A DNA stretch of 64,000 nt. Origin: an uncultured delta proteobacterium. Lineage in GTDB: Bacteria; Desulfobacterota; Binatia; UBA9968. Both the position numbers and the translations under genes were made by a program. Below, piece after piece: positions 30,362-42,569 of this stretch (its first letter is position 1; each line of letters opens with the position of its first letter). The stretch covers positions 768,001 through 832,000 of the forward strand of contig CAVYTU010000014.1 in NCBI GenBank assembly GCA_963771465.1, in the 5' to 3' direction. The notes below the pieces were generated by a model. It was given only the letters and a program-made list of their open reading frames with translations. It did no database searches and was not told the origin of the DNA.

Positions 30362-31429
30362 TTACGGCGAGAACAATTTATCGCCGCGCTTAGTCATGAA
30401 CAAGTCGAGCGGCAGTTCCGCGCCAATGCCTTTTTCTTTGGCTTTCTCGTACATCTTTCTCGCCGTGGCGGCGAATTGGATGCCCATGCCGGTGTTGTTT
30501 TTGAAGAAGGTGATTTCGCGGTCGTCTTGGCGTGCGCGACATTCGCCGTTGAGCAATTCGCCTAGCTCGTGCAGATCTTCGGCTTTGACTATGCCACGTT
30601 GGAGGCGGTCGTGAAATTCCGCCTGTTTGTCGAGAAAGATTTGCGGCTTGTAACCGACGACGATGAGGTTGGCCTTGATCACCGCGTCGTCGTCCAGCTC
30701 TTTGCGCGGCAGGAAACCGTCGCCGCCGACAATACTATTCAAATGCATGCCGGGTTCAACCCATTTGCCTTGAATGACCGGATCGACGGTGTTGGTTGCC
30801 GCGGTGACGATGTCGCTGCCGCGGACCGCTTCTTCAGCTGAGCTCACCGGCACGATTTCGATGCCGGTTTGCGCGCTCATCTCTTTGGCGAATCTTTCGC
30901 GGTTGGCTTTAGTCGGGCTGAAGACTTTGACTTTGGACAGCTGGCGCACGCAGGCGTGTGCGGTCACTTGGGTTTTGGCCTGCTCACCGGCGCCGAGGAG
31001 CGCCATGACTTTGGCGTCTTGGCGCGCGAGATATTTGCTGGCCACCGCGCTGGTGGCGCCGACGCGCATGGTCGAGATGAAGTGATCGTCCATGATCGCG
31101 AGAATGTTACAGGTATCCATATCGAAGAGCATGACCAGACCGATGAAATCACCGGGATAAACGCGCCGTTTACTGCCGTCGACCTGGATTTCCTTTGAAA
31201 AACTCGAATCAATGCGTAGCGCCATCGACTTCATGCCCGGCACTAGTCCCATAATGTTGTTAAAATAGTATTGGCCGCCCTCTTCCTTCCACGGCGTACG
31301 CAACCGCGCGCGCGGCGCGTTCATTGCCTTACCCTGACCGAGTTCGAGAAAGGCGTGCTCGATGGCTTCGATTTCCTCAGACATAGGCAGCAAGTTTTCC
31401 ATCTGGTCGTTCTTGAGAACAAGCACCAT
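30362..31429 (-). CDS. Ornithine cyclodeaminase / mu-crystallin family protein
   Basis: MRVGATSAVA, LGAGEQA, DIVTAAT, PGMHLNSI, FKNNTGMGIQFAA. Confidence 0.9.
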   Translation of the reverse strand: MVLVLKNDQMENLLPMSEEIEAIEHAFLELGQGKAMNAPRARLRTPWKEEGGQYYFNNIMGLVPGMKSMALRIDSSFSKEIQVDGSKRRVYPGDFIGLVMLFDMDTCNILAIMDDHFISTMRVGATSAVASKYLARQDAKVMALLGAGEQAKTQVTAHACVRQLSKVKVFSPTKANRERFAKEMSAQTGIEIVPVSSAEEAVRGSDIVTAATNTVDPVIQGKWVEPGMHLNSIVGGDGFLPRKELDDDAVIKANLIVVGYKPQIFLDKQAEFHDRLQRGIVKAEDLHELGELLNGECRARQDDREITFFKNNTGMGIQFAATARKMYEKAKEKGIGAELPLDLFMTKRGDKLFSP

Positions 31430-31639
31430 CGCGTGACTCCTTAAGCGGTTTCGACAGCGTGAAGTTTAAGTCTGCGTATACCAAAGGCGAGCGACGAGTC
31501 AAGCGAAGTGTACCGTTGTTACTGGGTAGACGAAACAACAACATCGGCGCGAATCGGCTCGTAATCTTACCGAAAGCGCTTTCGTCGTTTGCCAGTCAGC
31601 GCGGAGCTTGTATACGATCACGGTGTAAAGGAGTCTGAT

Positions 31640-32878
31640 ATGAAAAAAACTCTTAGGGTCGCTTGTATTTCGCTGGCGATTTTTTTCACCATCGCTTATG
31701 CCGTCACGCCGGCGTTGGCGGTTTCATTGGCCGAGTGCATCACCAATAGCCAGGATGCCAACAACATCATTCGATCGGCGCCCTGTGGAATCTACGGCAT
31801 CGTCAACTCGCGCCAACGCAATAATTCCACTGGGACGACGCTCGATATTACCGTGGAATATATGGTGCATCTTCCATTAGGAGCGCCAAAAGCTACCGTG
31901 GTGCTTTTCGCTGGCGGTAACGGCGATACCGGCATCGCGGGCAACGACGCCGCTGGCGCAGTGACAAACGCGGGCAATAACTTTCTTGTCCGCAGTGCTC
32001 AGCTGTTTGCCGACGCGGGCTTTCTGACGGTTACGATCGACCGGCCACAACCTATCCCTAGCGATGCCTACGATCAGTATCGGGTCTCGCCGCGCCATGC
32101 CAATGACATCGTCGCAGTCTTGCTGGAGGTCAACACACTCTACAATGCGAGTCCATTGGATGTGTTTCTCGCCGGAACCAGCCGCGGCGCGTTGTCCGTC
32201 ATCGCGCAGAATAGCTTGGGTATCGGCAGCCTGCTTTCGAGCCCGGTAAATTCGGCGAACGATGGACTCTGGGTAGGCTCAGATTCGCCGCACCTGCGAC
32301 TTGTGCCGAGCTTCGTGACCGTCCCCGTTCACGTGCTTGCTCACTCGCAAGACGCCTGTTCCGTATCAACAGCAGCCAATTCCAAAAATTTGCACAATGA
32401 CTTTCACGCGGCTGGCGTCGAGGCATTTTTCAATAGCGTCGACGGCGGCTTCGTGGTCGACGCCGACCCTTGCAACGCCACGACGTTTCATGGCTTTCTG
32501 GGTATCGAAAGGAGCGCGGTCCAGAAGATCACCGACCGAATGGAATATTTCTTAAAAAAGCAAAGTAAAGACGCGCCGGGAAATAGCAATCCCACGCTGC
32601 TAGCCAACGCGCCTCATTTAGCCTCGACGGCCACGGATACGCCTGTAACGATCGATTTGGCGGGACTTGCTCTCGATGCTGACAACGATCCGTTAACCTA
32701 TCGGCTGCCGCATGCCGCCTCGAACCGTGGTGGGTCGCTCAGTTTGAATGGTTCGACTGTCGAGTACACGCCACCTTTGGGCTTTACCAATCGAACCGAC
32801 GGGTTTGTCTTTCAGATCGCTGACGGAAACGGGGGCAAAAGTAATGGTGTGATTCTGATCGCTGTCGGAGTGCCTTGA
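31640..32878 (+). CDS. Secreted alpha/beta hydrolase with C-terminal Ig-like (Big_9/cadherin-like) domain
   Basis: Signal peptide, LFAGGNG, NFLVRS, GTSRG, D-A-C and HGF; tail DADNDPLTY...YTPPLGF...FQIADGNGG. Confidence 0.7.
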   Translation: MKKTLRVACISLAIFFTIAYAVTPALAVSLAECITNSQDANNIIRSAPCGIYGIVNSRQRNNSTGTTLDITVEYMVHLPLGAPKATVVLFAGGNGDTGIAGNDAAGAVTNAGNNFLVRSAQLFADAGFLTVTIDRPQPIPSDAYDQYRVSPRHANDIVAVLLEVNTLYNASPLDVFLAGTSRGALSVIAQNSLGIGSLLSSPVNSANDGLWVGSDSPHLRLVPSFVTVPVHVLAHSQDACSVSTAANSKNLHNDFHAAGVEAFFNSVDGGFVVDADPCNATTFHGFLGIERSAVQKITDRMEYFLKKQSKDAPGNSNPTLLANAPHLASTATDTPVTIDLAGLALDADNDPLTYRLPHAASNRGGSLSLNGSTVEYTPPLGFTNRTDGFVFQIADGNGGKSNGVILIAVGVP

Positions 32879-32910
32879 GCTCTAATCGCACACGGAAACC
32901 CTCGTCGCCC

Positions 32911-32945
32911 AAAAAAATGGCTGAGACGATGCTTCAGCCATTTTT
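32911..32945. terminator. Bidirectional intrinsic terminator
   Basis: AAAAAAATGGCTGA-loop-TCAGCCATTTTT between convergent genes. Confidence 0.8.
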
Positions 32946-32974
32946 ACTTGGTCGACAAAAGAATCGGTTAAGAT

Positions 32975-33247
32975 TTAGCCCTTCTTGGCTTTAAACCAGT
33001 CGGCGTCGATTTGGATGAAGTGCTTCCACTTGTCCGGAGTCGCTGCTTCTTCGAAGATCGCCTCCACCGGGCAGACTGGCTCGCAAGCGCCACAGTCGAT
33101 GCATTCTTCAGGATCGATATAGAGCTTCGTTTCTTTCTCGAATTCCTCAGCTTCGTTTTTGGTCGGGTGAATGCAATCGACCGGGCAAACGTCCACGCAA
33201 GCAGTATCTTTGGTGCCAATGCAAGGCTCAGCAATAATGTAGGTCAT
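32975..33247 (-). CDS. Dicluster (7Fe FdxA-type) ferredoxin
   Basis: CIGTKDTACVDVCPVDCIH and CIDCGACEPVCP; GAGG SD. Confidence 0.93.
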   Translation of the reverse strand: MTYIIAEPCIGTKDTACVDVCPVDCIHPTKNEAEEFEKETKLYIDPEECIDCGACEPVCPVEAIFEEAATPDKWKHFIQIDADWFKAKKG

Positions 33248-33401
33248 CTCATCCTCCTAGATTCAGACTTCAATTCTAGTAGCAAATCGACTTTCCCAAG
33301 TCAATTAATCCAATGAGCGCCCATTGCCGTTTCGCGTCGAGACCTCACCTTGACCGTACGTCGGTGTGGTGCTAGAGGAAAACAGAAAGGAATCCCTCGC
33401 A

Positions 33402-34472
33402 ATGCAGAAACTCTTTGCTGTCATAGGCGTGGCATGGCTTGCCATCGGCTTCGCTCCGTTCGCACATGCGGCCACCGTTGAAGAGGTGATCAAGACCGTT
33501 CGCAGTTTAGCTCCGGCCCAGCGCAAGGCGGCACTGGAAGAAGGCGCAAAAAAAGAAGGCCAACTGGCCTGGTACACGTCGATGAGTTTGACCGACTTCC
33601 CAAGGGTCGTGGCGGCTTTCGAAAAATCCGCTCCGGGCGTGAAGGTCAATGCTTACCGGCTGGCGCAATCTTCGATCATGAATAAAATCGACACGGAAGC
33701 GCGCGCGGGCCGCTATGCCGTCGATATCGTTACCGCTTCGCCGGTAGAGATGTGGGAGCTAAAACAGAAAAATTACTCGACATCGTACCTCTCGCCCGAG
33801 CTCAAGGCTTTTCCCAGCGGCGCCTACGATCCGCAAGGCTTCTGGTCGTCCTTCGAAGTGACGCCAATCGTGTTGGCCTTTAACACCAAGCAAGTCACGC
33901 AGGAGGAGGCGCCCAAAAGCTATCAGGATCTGCTCCTGCCCAAATGGAAAGGCAAGATGAATTTCGGTACCGATGAGCACGCCTGGTTCTCAACTATGTT
34001 AGACGGTATGGGGAAAGCCAAGGGGCTTGAGTTCATGAAGGGGCTGGCCAAACAGCAACTGCATTTTCCGGGATCGAGCAGTGTGATGAGAGTGCAACTG
34101 ATGCTGGGAGGTGAATCAGCGATGGTCATCGCCGCGCGTGGCCGGCGGGTAACGGAACTCAAGGAAAAAGGCGCACCGATCGATTATCGGATTCTCGATC
34201 CCTATCCTGCTGAGCCGAGCTCACTGGCGATTATGCGGCGCGCCTCGCATCCGCACGGGGCGATATTGTTCGCAGATTGGCTGATGTCGGAAGAAGGTCA
34301 GACATTTATGGCGCAGCAAATTCCACGCATGACGCTACGCAAGGGCATAAAACAAATCCCACGCTATCAAGAGTTGTACAAAAAGGAATTTGTTTTTGTC
34401 AATCCTGCCTCGCTGGGTCCAAATCTAAACGAGGTGATAGCGAGCTATCAGCAGATATTCAACGTCCGCTGA
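33402..34472 (+). CDS. Extracellular solute-binding protein, Fe3+/polyamine-like family (orphan)
   Basis: Signal peptide, GAKKEGQLAWYTS, DLLLPKWKGK, HPHGAILFADWLMSEEGQ. Confidence 0.8.
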   Translation: MQKLFAVIGVAWLAIGFAPFAHAATVEEVIKTVRSLAPAQRKAALEEGAKKEGQLAWYTSMSLTDFPRVVAAFEKSAPGVKVNAYRLAQSSIMNKIDTEARAGRYAVDIVTASPVEMWELKQKNYSTSYLSPELKAFPSGAYDPQGFWSSFEVTPIVLAFNTKQVTQEEAPKSYQDLLLPKWKGKMNFGTDEHAWFSTMLDGMGKAKGLEFMKGLAKQQLHFPGSSSVMRVQLMLGGESAMVIAARGRRVTELKEKGAPIDYRILDPYPAEPSSLAIMRRASHPHGAILFADWLMSEEGQTFMAQQIPRMTLRKGIKQIPRYQELYKKEFVFVNPASLGPNLNEVIASYQQIFNVR

Positions 34473-34520
34473 GCTGATCGTTGTCTCGAACCTTCGAGTT
34501 GTACGCGCTACCTTTAAGTC

Positions 34521-34970
34521 ATGCCTGTTGAGTTCGCCCGGCGTGGCGCCGGGAGGAAGTATCCCACGGCAGTGCTGCGCAACATCGCTCGCGAGCTTTT
34601 GGCGCTACTCAATCAGCAGGGCGCCGAATTGAGTGTGGCGTTGGTCGGCGATAAGGAAATGCGCCCGCTCAATGCCAAGTATCGAAAGAAAAATCAGACT
34701 ACAGATGTGCTGTCATTCTTCGTCGCCGATCAACCGAAGGCGAGTCCGATCATACTCGGCGACGTGATTATTTCCGTCGAACAGGCGCGGCGCCAGGCAA
34801 AAGCGCGCAAGAAAACCCTCAAAAGCGAGATGGTGACGTTATTGATTCATGGCATTCTCCACTTGCTGGGCTACGACCACGAGCGTTCCGAGCGTCAGGC
34901 CAAGGTCATGTTCGCCCTGGAACGAAAACTTCACGCGCGCCTTTGTGAGCGCGGCCTATTGAAGGTATAA
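34521..34970 (+). CDS. ybeY: rRNA maturation RNase YbeY
   Basis: LNAKYRKK..TDVLSF, LGDVIIS, HGILHLLGYDH. Confidence 0.95.
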   Translation: MPVEFARRGAGRKYPTAVLRNIARELLALLNQQGAELSVALVGDKEMRPLNAKYRKKNQTTDVLSFFVADQPKASPIILGDVIISVEQARRQAKARKKTLKSEMVTLLIHGILHLLGYDHERSERQAKVMFALERKLHARLCERGLLKV

Positions 34971-34971
34971 T
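34943..34971 (+). promoter_or_regulatory. Possible sigma70 promoter for prfB overlapping the ybeY 3' end
   Basis: TTGTGA-17 nt-TATAAT. Confidence 0.45.
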
Positions 34972-35036
34972 CGAAACATCGGCAGTCAGGGATTGAAAGT
35001 AAGAATTCACTAGTGAGAATTCGGAATTGAGCCACG

Positions 35037-36141
35037 ATGTTAGAAGAAACTTCAGAACAACTTACCCACCTCGAAGAGCGGCTTGAGCTACTGCGGAGGC
35101 GACTTTGACGTCGACGCCAAGCAGAAGCGCGTTGCGGAACTGAACCAAGCCACCGCTCAGTCGGATTTTTGGAACGACGCCGACAAGGCGCAAAGCGTAC
35201 TCAAAGAACAGTCTACCCTCAAAAGCGTTCTCGCCAGTTGGGAGAAACATCAAGCCGATCTTGCGGAGGCGAGATTTTTTCTCGACGTCGCCAAAGACGA
35301 GAAGAGCGACGAGGCGCTCAGCGAAGCGGCCAGCAAGGTCGACGCGGTCACCAAGGAGATGGCGCAGACCGAACTGACGCAGCTGCTCGGTGAGCCCGAT
35401 GACCGGCGCAATGCCATAGTCACGCTTCACCCCGGCGCCGGCGGCACTGAGGCGCAGGATTGGGCGGAAATTCTTTTGCGCATGTATCTGCGCTGGTGCG
35501 ACCGACGCGGTTTTCGCAAAGAGATTCTCGACTATCAGCCGGGCGAAGAAGCGGGAGTTAAAAGCGTTACCTTCAACGTCACCGGCGACTATGCCTTCGG
35601 CTACCTCAAAGCCGAAGCCGGTATTCACCGCTTGGTGCGAATCTCGCCGTTCGATGCCAACTCCCGCCGTCACACTTCATTCGCTTCCGTGTTTGTTTAT
35701 CCTGAGGTCGACGACGATATCAAAATCGAAATCAACGATGACGATCTGCGCGTTGATACTTACCGATCGAGCGGCGCCGGCGGCCAGCATGTGAACAAGA
35801 CCGACTCAGCAGTGCGTTTGACCCATCTGCCGACCAATATTGTCGTGGCGTGTCAAAACCAACGGTCGCAGCACAAAAACCGCGCTATGGCGATGAAGAT
35901 TCTCAAATCGCGGCTCTACGAATTGGAATTGGTGAAGCAAAAAGAAAAGATGGAGTCCTACCACAAAACCAAGAAAGACATCGCTTGGGGCAGCCAAATC
36001 CGCTCCTATGTGCTCGCTCCCTATCGCCTGGTCAAGGACCACCGCACCAACGTCGAAGTCGGCAACGCCGACGCGGTACTCGACGGCGACATCGATCAGT
36101 TCATCGAAGCCTACTTGATGATGGCGGACGAGCCGGCTTGA
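35037..36141 (+). CDS. prfB: Peptide chain release factor 2, translated via programmed +1 frameshift
   Basis: ATG 35037 opens 23 codons to CTT TGA C; the +1 frame continues with GGTEAQDWA, the SPF tripeptide and GGQHVN. Confidence 0.97.
35095..35109 (+). promoter_or_regulatory. prfB frameshift cassette
   Basis: Internal SD GGAGG, 3-nt spacer, CTT-TGA-C (35103-35109). Confidence 0.93.
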
Positions 36142-36341
36142 AACAGTGAAAGGTGAGCCGTGCCGCCTCAGCCTCGGCACGTTTAAGTCAAACCGCGCGG
36201 AACTTTTCCGCAACTTTATTGGTTCGGAAAGCACCGAATCGGAGCAGCGCTCTCGGTGTGCCGATTTTTTGTCTTGCACCGGTTCTACGAAGATGATCTC
36301 CTCAGCATCGAACGGGTTAGCACTGAATCGTGGGAGGGTTT

Positions 36342-37529
36342 ATGGAAATGGAGATTCCAAACGCCGCTGGACACGTTACCAACCTTGAATCGGCCGTCTT
36401 AGAGCGATACGGCAACGCCGCTCAAGAAGTCGAAGCTTGTTTATGTCTACCGGTGAGCTACGACAAGGCGTTGTTGGAGGTCATCCCGGAGGAGATCATT
36501 GAAAAAGACTACGGCTGCGGCGATCCGTCGCGCTATATCGGCGCGGGCGAAACCGTTCTCGATCTCGGTTCCGGCAGCGGTAAGGCTTGCTACATTATTG
36601 CGCAGATCGTCGGCGCAAACGGCAAAGTAATAGGCGTCGATTTCAATCCGCCGATGCTGGCGCTGGCGCGCAAGTACCAAAAATCGATCGGCGATAAACT
36701 CGGTTATCACAATGTCGAATTTCGGCGCGGCAAAGTTCAGGATTTGCAAACCAATCTCGACTTGGTCGATGACTATCTGCAAACTAATCCGGTACGGTCC
36801 GTGGCCGAACTGGCCAAGCTCCATGAATTTGAAGCGAAGACTTGCCGAGAGCAGCCGCTCATCGCCGATGAGTCGATCGATGTGATTGTGTCCAACTGCG
36901 TGCTCAATCTGGTGCGCCCGGAAGACAAGACGCAGCTGTTTACCGAGATGTATCGCGTGCTCAAGCGCGGCGGGCGGATTGCCATTTCCGATATCGTCAG
37001 CGATGAAACAGTGCCCGAGCATTTGGCCAAAGATCCCGATCTGTGGAGCGCCTGCGTTTCCGGCGCGTTTCAGGAAGAAGAGTTTTTGCGCGCCTTCGAG
37101 GACGCGAAATTTCACGGCATCCAGATCGAAGAGCTGCGCACGGAAGCTTATCAGACCGTCGAAGGCATCGAGTTCCGCGCCGTGACGGTGACGGCTTATA
37201 AAGGAAAAGAAGGGCCATGCATGGAGCGCAACCATGCGGTGATCTACCGCGGGCCTTGGAAGCAAGTGGTCGATGACGACGGCCACACGTTGGAGCGCGG
37301 CGCGCGCACGGCGGTGTGCGCCAAGACTTTCAACCTCTACGCGCGGCCGCCTTACGCGGGGCAGTTCATTCTCATGCCGCCGCGCGAAGAAGTGCGCCTG
37401 GAGAACGCCGGAGTTTTCGATTGCTCGCGCGATCACAAACGCCATCCGCGCGAGACCAAGGGGTTGGAGTACAACGTCACGAAGCTTTCCGGCGCCGTGT
37501 GCGGGCCGGATTCGAATTGCTGCACTTGA
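36342..37529 (+). CDS. arsM: Arsenite S-adenosylmethionine methyltransferase (ArsM/AS3MT-like)
   Basis: YGCGDP, LDLGSGSG, SNCVLNL, SACVSGA arsenic-binding Cys, C-terminal NCC; adjacent to arsS. Confidence 0.8.
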   Translation: MEMEIPNAAGHVTNLESAVLERYGNAAQEVEACLCLPVSYDKALLEVIPEEIIEKDYGCGDPSRYIGAGETVLDLGSGSGKACYIIAQIVGANGKVIGVDFNPPMLALARKYQKSIGDKLGYHNVEFRRGKVQDLQTNLDLVDDYLQTNPVRSVAELAKLHEFEAKTCREQPLIADESIDVIVSNCVLNLVRPEDKTQLFTEMYRVLKRGGRIAISDIVSDETVPEHLAKDPDLWSACVSGAFQEEEFLRAFEDAKFHGIQIEELRTEAYQTVEGIEFRAVTVTAYKGKEGPCMERNHAVIYRGPWKQVVDDDGHTLERGARTAVCAKTFNLYARPPYAGQFILMPPREEVRLENAGVFDCSRDHKRHPRETKGLEYNVTKLSGAVCGPDSNCCT

Positions 37530-37530
37530 A

Positions 37531-37564
37531 ATAATGGACAATGGAAAATTGATAATTGAAAATT
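37531..37564. repeat. Heptamer array (same family as 2375-2464), single arm
   Basis: ataatgg acaatgg aaaattg ataattg aaaatt right after the arsM stop. Confidence 0.7.
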
Positions 37565-37623
37565 ATCGGAGCAGGGCCGGCGACATTTCACACGTCAACG
37601 GCTCGCGATTCTCATAGATCGTC

Positions 37624-38604
37624 ATGCAGCCGTTTGTCGAGAAACTGAGGCTCAACGGCGCCGGTCTTCGGCGCCGGGCCGTCGACGTGCTGCAGGTCAA
37701 TTTGGGGCGCTACTGCAATCTGGCTTGCATTCACTGCCATGTCGAGGCCGGACCGACGCGCACGGAAATGATGAGCCGGGAAAACGTCGACGCGGTGCTG
37801 CGCTTGCTTGCCAACACTAGCATTCCGACACTCGATATTACCGGCGGCGCGCCGGAGTTACATGACGACTTCGATTACTTGGTTGAATCAGCGCGCCAAC
37901 TTGGACGGCATGTGATGGATCGCTGCAATCTGACGGTTATCTTCGAGCCAGGTAAAGACTATCTACCGGAGTTTTTTCGTCGCCATGGAGTCGAGCTGGT
38001 TTGCTCGTTGCCTTGTTATTCGATCGAGAACGTCGATAAGCAGCGCGGCAAAGGGACGTTTGACGGCAGCATTCGCGCGCTGCAGATCTTCAATGAACTC
38101 GGCTACGGCAAACCGGGGAGCGGCTTGACGATGAATCTTGTCTACAATCCGGTCGGTCCGCACTTGCCGCCGCCGCAGGAGAAGCTGGAGCAGGACTACA
38201 AACGAATCTTGCGCGAACAATTTAGTATCGAATTCAATCATCTGTTCTGCCTCACCAACATGCCGATCACCCGCTACGCCACTCATCTCAAGCTGCGTGG
38301 TGAGTACGACCCGTATATGGAATTGCTCGAAACCAACTTCAACCCCGGCACGGTCGACCAAGTGATGTGCCGCAATCTAATCAGCATCGGTTGGGACGGT
38401 TGGGTTTATGATTGTGACTTCAATCAGATGCTCGATTTGCCGATTGCCAACGGCGACGGCAAACGCTTGCACATTTCATCACTGACGCTCGATCAGCTTG
38501 CCGAACCGGCCATTACGGTCGGCAACCACTGTTACGCGTGCACCGCCGGTGCCGGCAGCAGCTGCGGCGGCACGCTGATTTCAGAATATTCGGCAGTCCC
38601 ATAA
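37624..38604 (+). CDS. arsS: Arsenosugar biosynthesis radical SAM protein ArsS (TIGR04167-like, Cys form)
   Basis: LQVNLGRYCNLACIHCHV, DITGGAPE, SLPCY, YDCDFNQML, HCYACTAGAGSSCGG. Confidence 0.9.
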   Translation: MQPFVEKLRLNGAGLRRRAVDVLQVNLGRYCNLACIHCHVEAGPTRTEMMSRENVDAVLRLLANTSIPTLDITGGAPELHDDFDYLVESARQLGRHVMDRCNLTVIFEPGKDYLPEFFRRHGVELVCSLPCYSIENVDKQRGKGTFDGSIRALQIFNELGYGKPGSGLTMNLVYNPVGPHLPPPQEKLEQDYKRILREQFSIEFNHLFCLTNMPITRYATHLKLRGEYDPYMELLETNFNPGTVDQVMCRNLISIGWDGWVYDCDFNQMLDLPIANGDGKRLHISSLTLDQLAEPAITVGNHCYACTAGAGSSCGGTLISEYSAVP

Positions 38605-38663
38605 GACATACTGCGCCAACGACCACGCAACCCAACAAAGGCGTCTTGCATCCAACGACAATC

Positions 38664-40916
<2,253 letters not shown>

Positions 40917-40947
40917 GAAGACGGTGAGGAGTAAAGAGAAGGATTTC

Positions 40948-41787
40948 GTGGGGCGAATTTTTACTCGGGCGATTGTCGTAATTACGATGCTAGTCGGCGC
41001 TGATTGGGCACAGGCCGCGTCGAAGGCGGAGCTTTGGCCGCGATGGCAGAAACATGATCCAAATAGCCGGCAGCAAATTGATCATAGCGTGTGGGAAAGT
41101 TTTCTTAAGCAGAACGTTGTCGCGCCGCATCCTTCGGGAGTTAACCGGGTGCGTTATAACGGTGTCAGCCCGGAGGATCAAAAATCTTTGAAGAGTTATC
41201 TGCAGGCGCTCCAAGCGCTGGCGATTTCAAACTACAACCGCGACGAGCAAAAGGCCTACTGGATCAATCTATACAATGCCTTCACCGTCGATCTGATCAT
41301 TTCCCGTTTTCCCGTGGCATCGATTCGCGACATCAATATTTCTCCCGGCTTGTTGGCGCGCGGACCCTGGGGCGCGAAGTTGCTGACGATCGAAGGGGAG
41401 AAGCTTTCTCTCGACGACATCGAACACCGGATTCTCAGACCGATCTGGCGTGACAATCGAATTCATTATGCGCTCAATTGCGCCAGCCTCGGCTGTCCGA
41501 ATCTTCAGCCGCGGGCTTACAACGCTGACAACTGCGAGGCGCTGTTGGAAAAAGGCGCGCGCGAGTTCATCAATCATCCGCGCGGCGTGTCGCTCCAAAA
41601 GGGTAAACTTCAGGTGTCGAGCATCTACGTGTGGTTTCAGGAAGACTTCGGCCACGGCGCGGCGGATCTGATGGAACACTGGCAAGAATACGCGGAGCCG
41701 ATGCTGGCCGGCGCGCTGGAAAAATACCAGGGCGGCTTGGTGCATGATTATGACTGGCGCTTGAATGGTGTCGAGACCAAGCCGTAA
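40948..41787 (+). CDS. DUF547 domain exported protein
   Basis: Signal peptide, AYWINLYNA, LSLDDIEHRILR, RIHYALNCASLGCP, YDWRLN. Confidence 0.88.
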   Translation: MGRIFTRAIVVITMLVGADWAQAASKAELWPRWQKHDPNSRQQIDHSVWESFLKQNVVAPHPSGVNRVRYNGVSPEDQKSLKSYLQALQALAISNYNRDEQKAYWINLYNAFTVDLIISRFPVASIRDINISPGLLARGPWGAKLLTIEGEKLSLDDIEHRILRPIWRDNRIHYALNCASLGCPNLQPRAYNADNCEALLEKGAREFINHPRGVSLQKGKLQVSSIYVWFQEDFGHGAADLMEHWQEYAEPMLAGALEKYQGGLVHDYDWRLNGVETKP

Positions 41788-41891
41788 CGCACATTTACGG
41801 AAGTTCGCGGATTACATAACCGCGTTGATTTTGATTCGCCCATTTGGTTCAAAGCGGAATTCCATCGCTGCTCTGGTCGTAAAAGCCGCCG

Positions 41892-42569
41892 ATGAACATC
41901 TCGGTTATCGTTCCAGTTCTCAACGAGGAGAAAACCATCGCAACGACATTGGAAGCGTTGGTGACGCTGGCGCCCTACGAAATTATTATCGTCGACGGCG
42001 GCAGTGCGGATCGGACGCGCGAACTGGCCGGACAATTCCAGGTAAAAGTTATTTCCTCGGACCGCGGCCGAGGACGGCAGATGAATCGCGGCGCCAGCGA
42101 GGCGAGCGGTGATGTTTTGCTATTTCTTCACGCCGACACGCGTTTGCCGGCTTCGGCCCTGAACGACATCAAAGCGGCGCTCGGCGAGCCGCGCTATCTC
42201 GGCGGCCGCTTCGATGTCGAACTCGCCGGCGCACATTGGTTGCTGCCGCTGGTGGGCCGCCTGATCAGTTACCGTTCGCGGATTTCCAAAGTCGCCACCG
42301 GCGACCAGGCGCTGTTCGTGCGCCGCCAAGTTTTCGAGCGCATACGCGGTTTTCCTGATATGCCATTGCTGGAGGACGTCGCTTTTTGCCGGACGCTGAA
42401 ACGTCTCGGTGAAGTGGCCTGCTTGCGTAGCCGCGTGGTGACTTCGGCACGGCGCTGGGAAGTGGACGGAGTTTGGCGGACCATTTTCAGAATGTGGATA
42501 ATAAAATTGCTCTATCTCGTCGGCGTTTCACCGGCGCGCTTGAAACAATTCTATGCCGACACGCGCTAA
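41892..42569 (+). CDS. TIGR04283-like GT2 glycosyltransferase (arsenosugar-associated)
   Basis: SVIVPVLNEE, VDGGSAD, FLHADT, GDQALFV, EDV, TSARRW. Confidence 0.9.
   Translation: MNISVIVPVLNEEKTIATTLEALVTLAPYEIIIVDGGSADRTRELAGQFQVKVISSDRGRGRQMNRGASEASGDVLLFLHADTRLPASALNDIKAALGEPRYLGGRFDVELAGAHWLLPLVGRLISYRSRISKVATGDQALFVRRQVFERIRGFPDMPLLEDVAFCRTLKRLGEVACLRSRVVTSARRWEVDGVWRTIFRMWIIKLLYLVGVSPARLKQFYADTR

Noticed and set aside
32975-33247. Ferredoxin as the missing nuoI
   Set aside because: 90 aa with FdxA-type cysteine spacing and no NuoI N-terminal helix or YP-E motif
34983-35030. Palindrome-like GAATTCACTAGTGAGAATTC before prfB as an operator or another array element
   Set aside because: Single, short and only weakly periodic; no support for function
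37515-37564. Sec read-through of the arsM TGA after NCCT
   Set aside because: Downstream sequence is the heptamer array with another in-frame TGA nine codons later and no SECIS-like hairpin
38521-38604. Selenocysteine in the ArsS C-terminal GSS(C/U)GG motif
   Set aside because: The codon at 38563-38565 is TGC (Cys) and the gene ends in TAA
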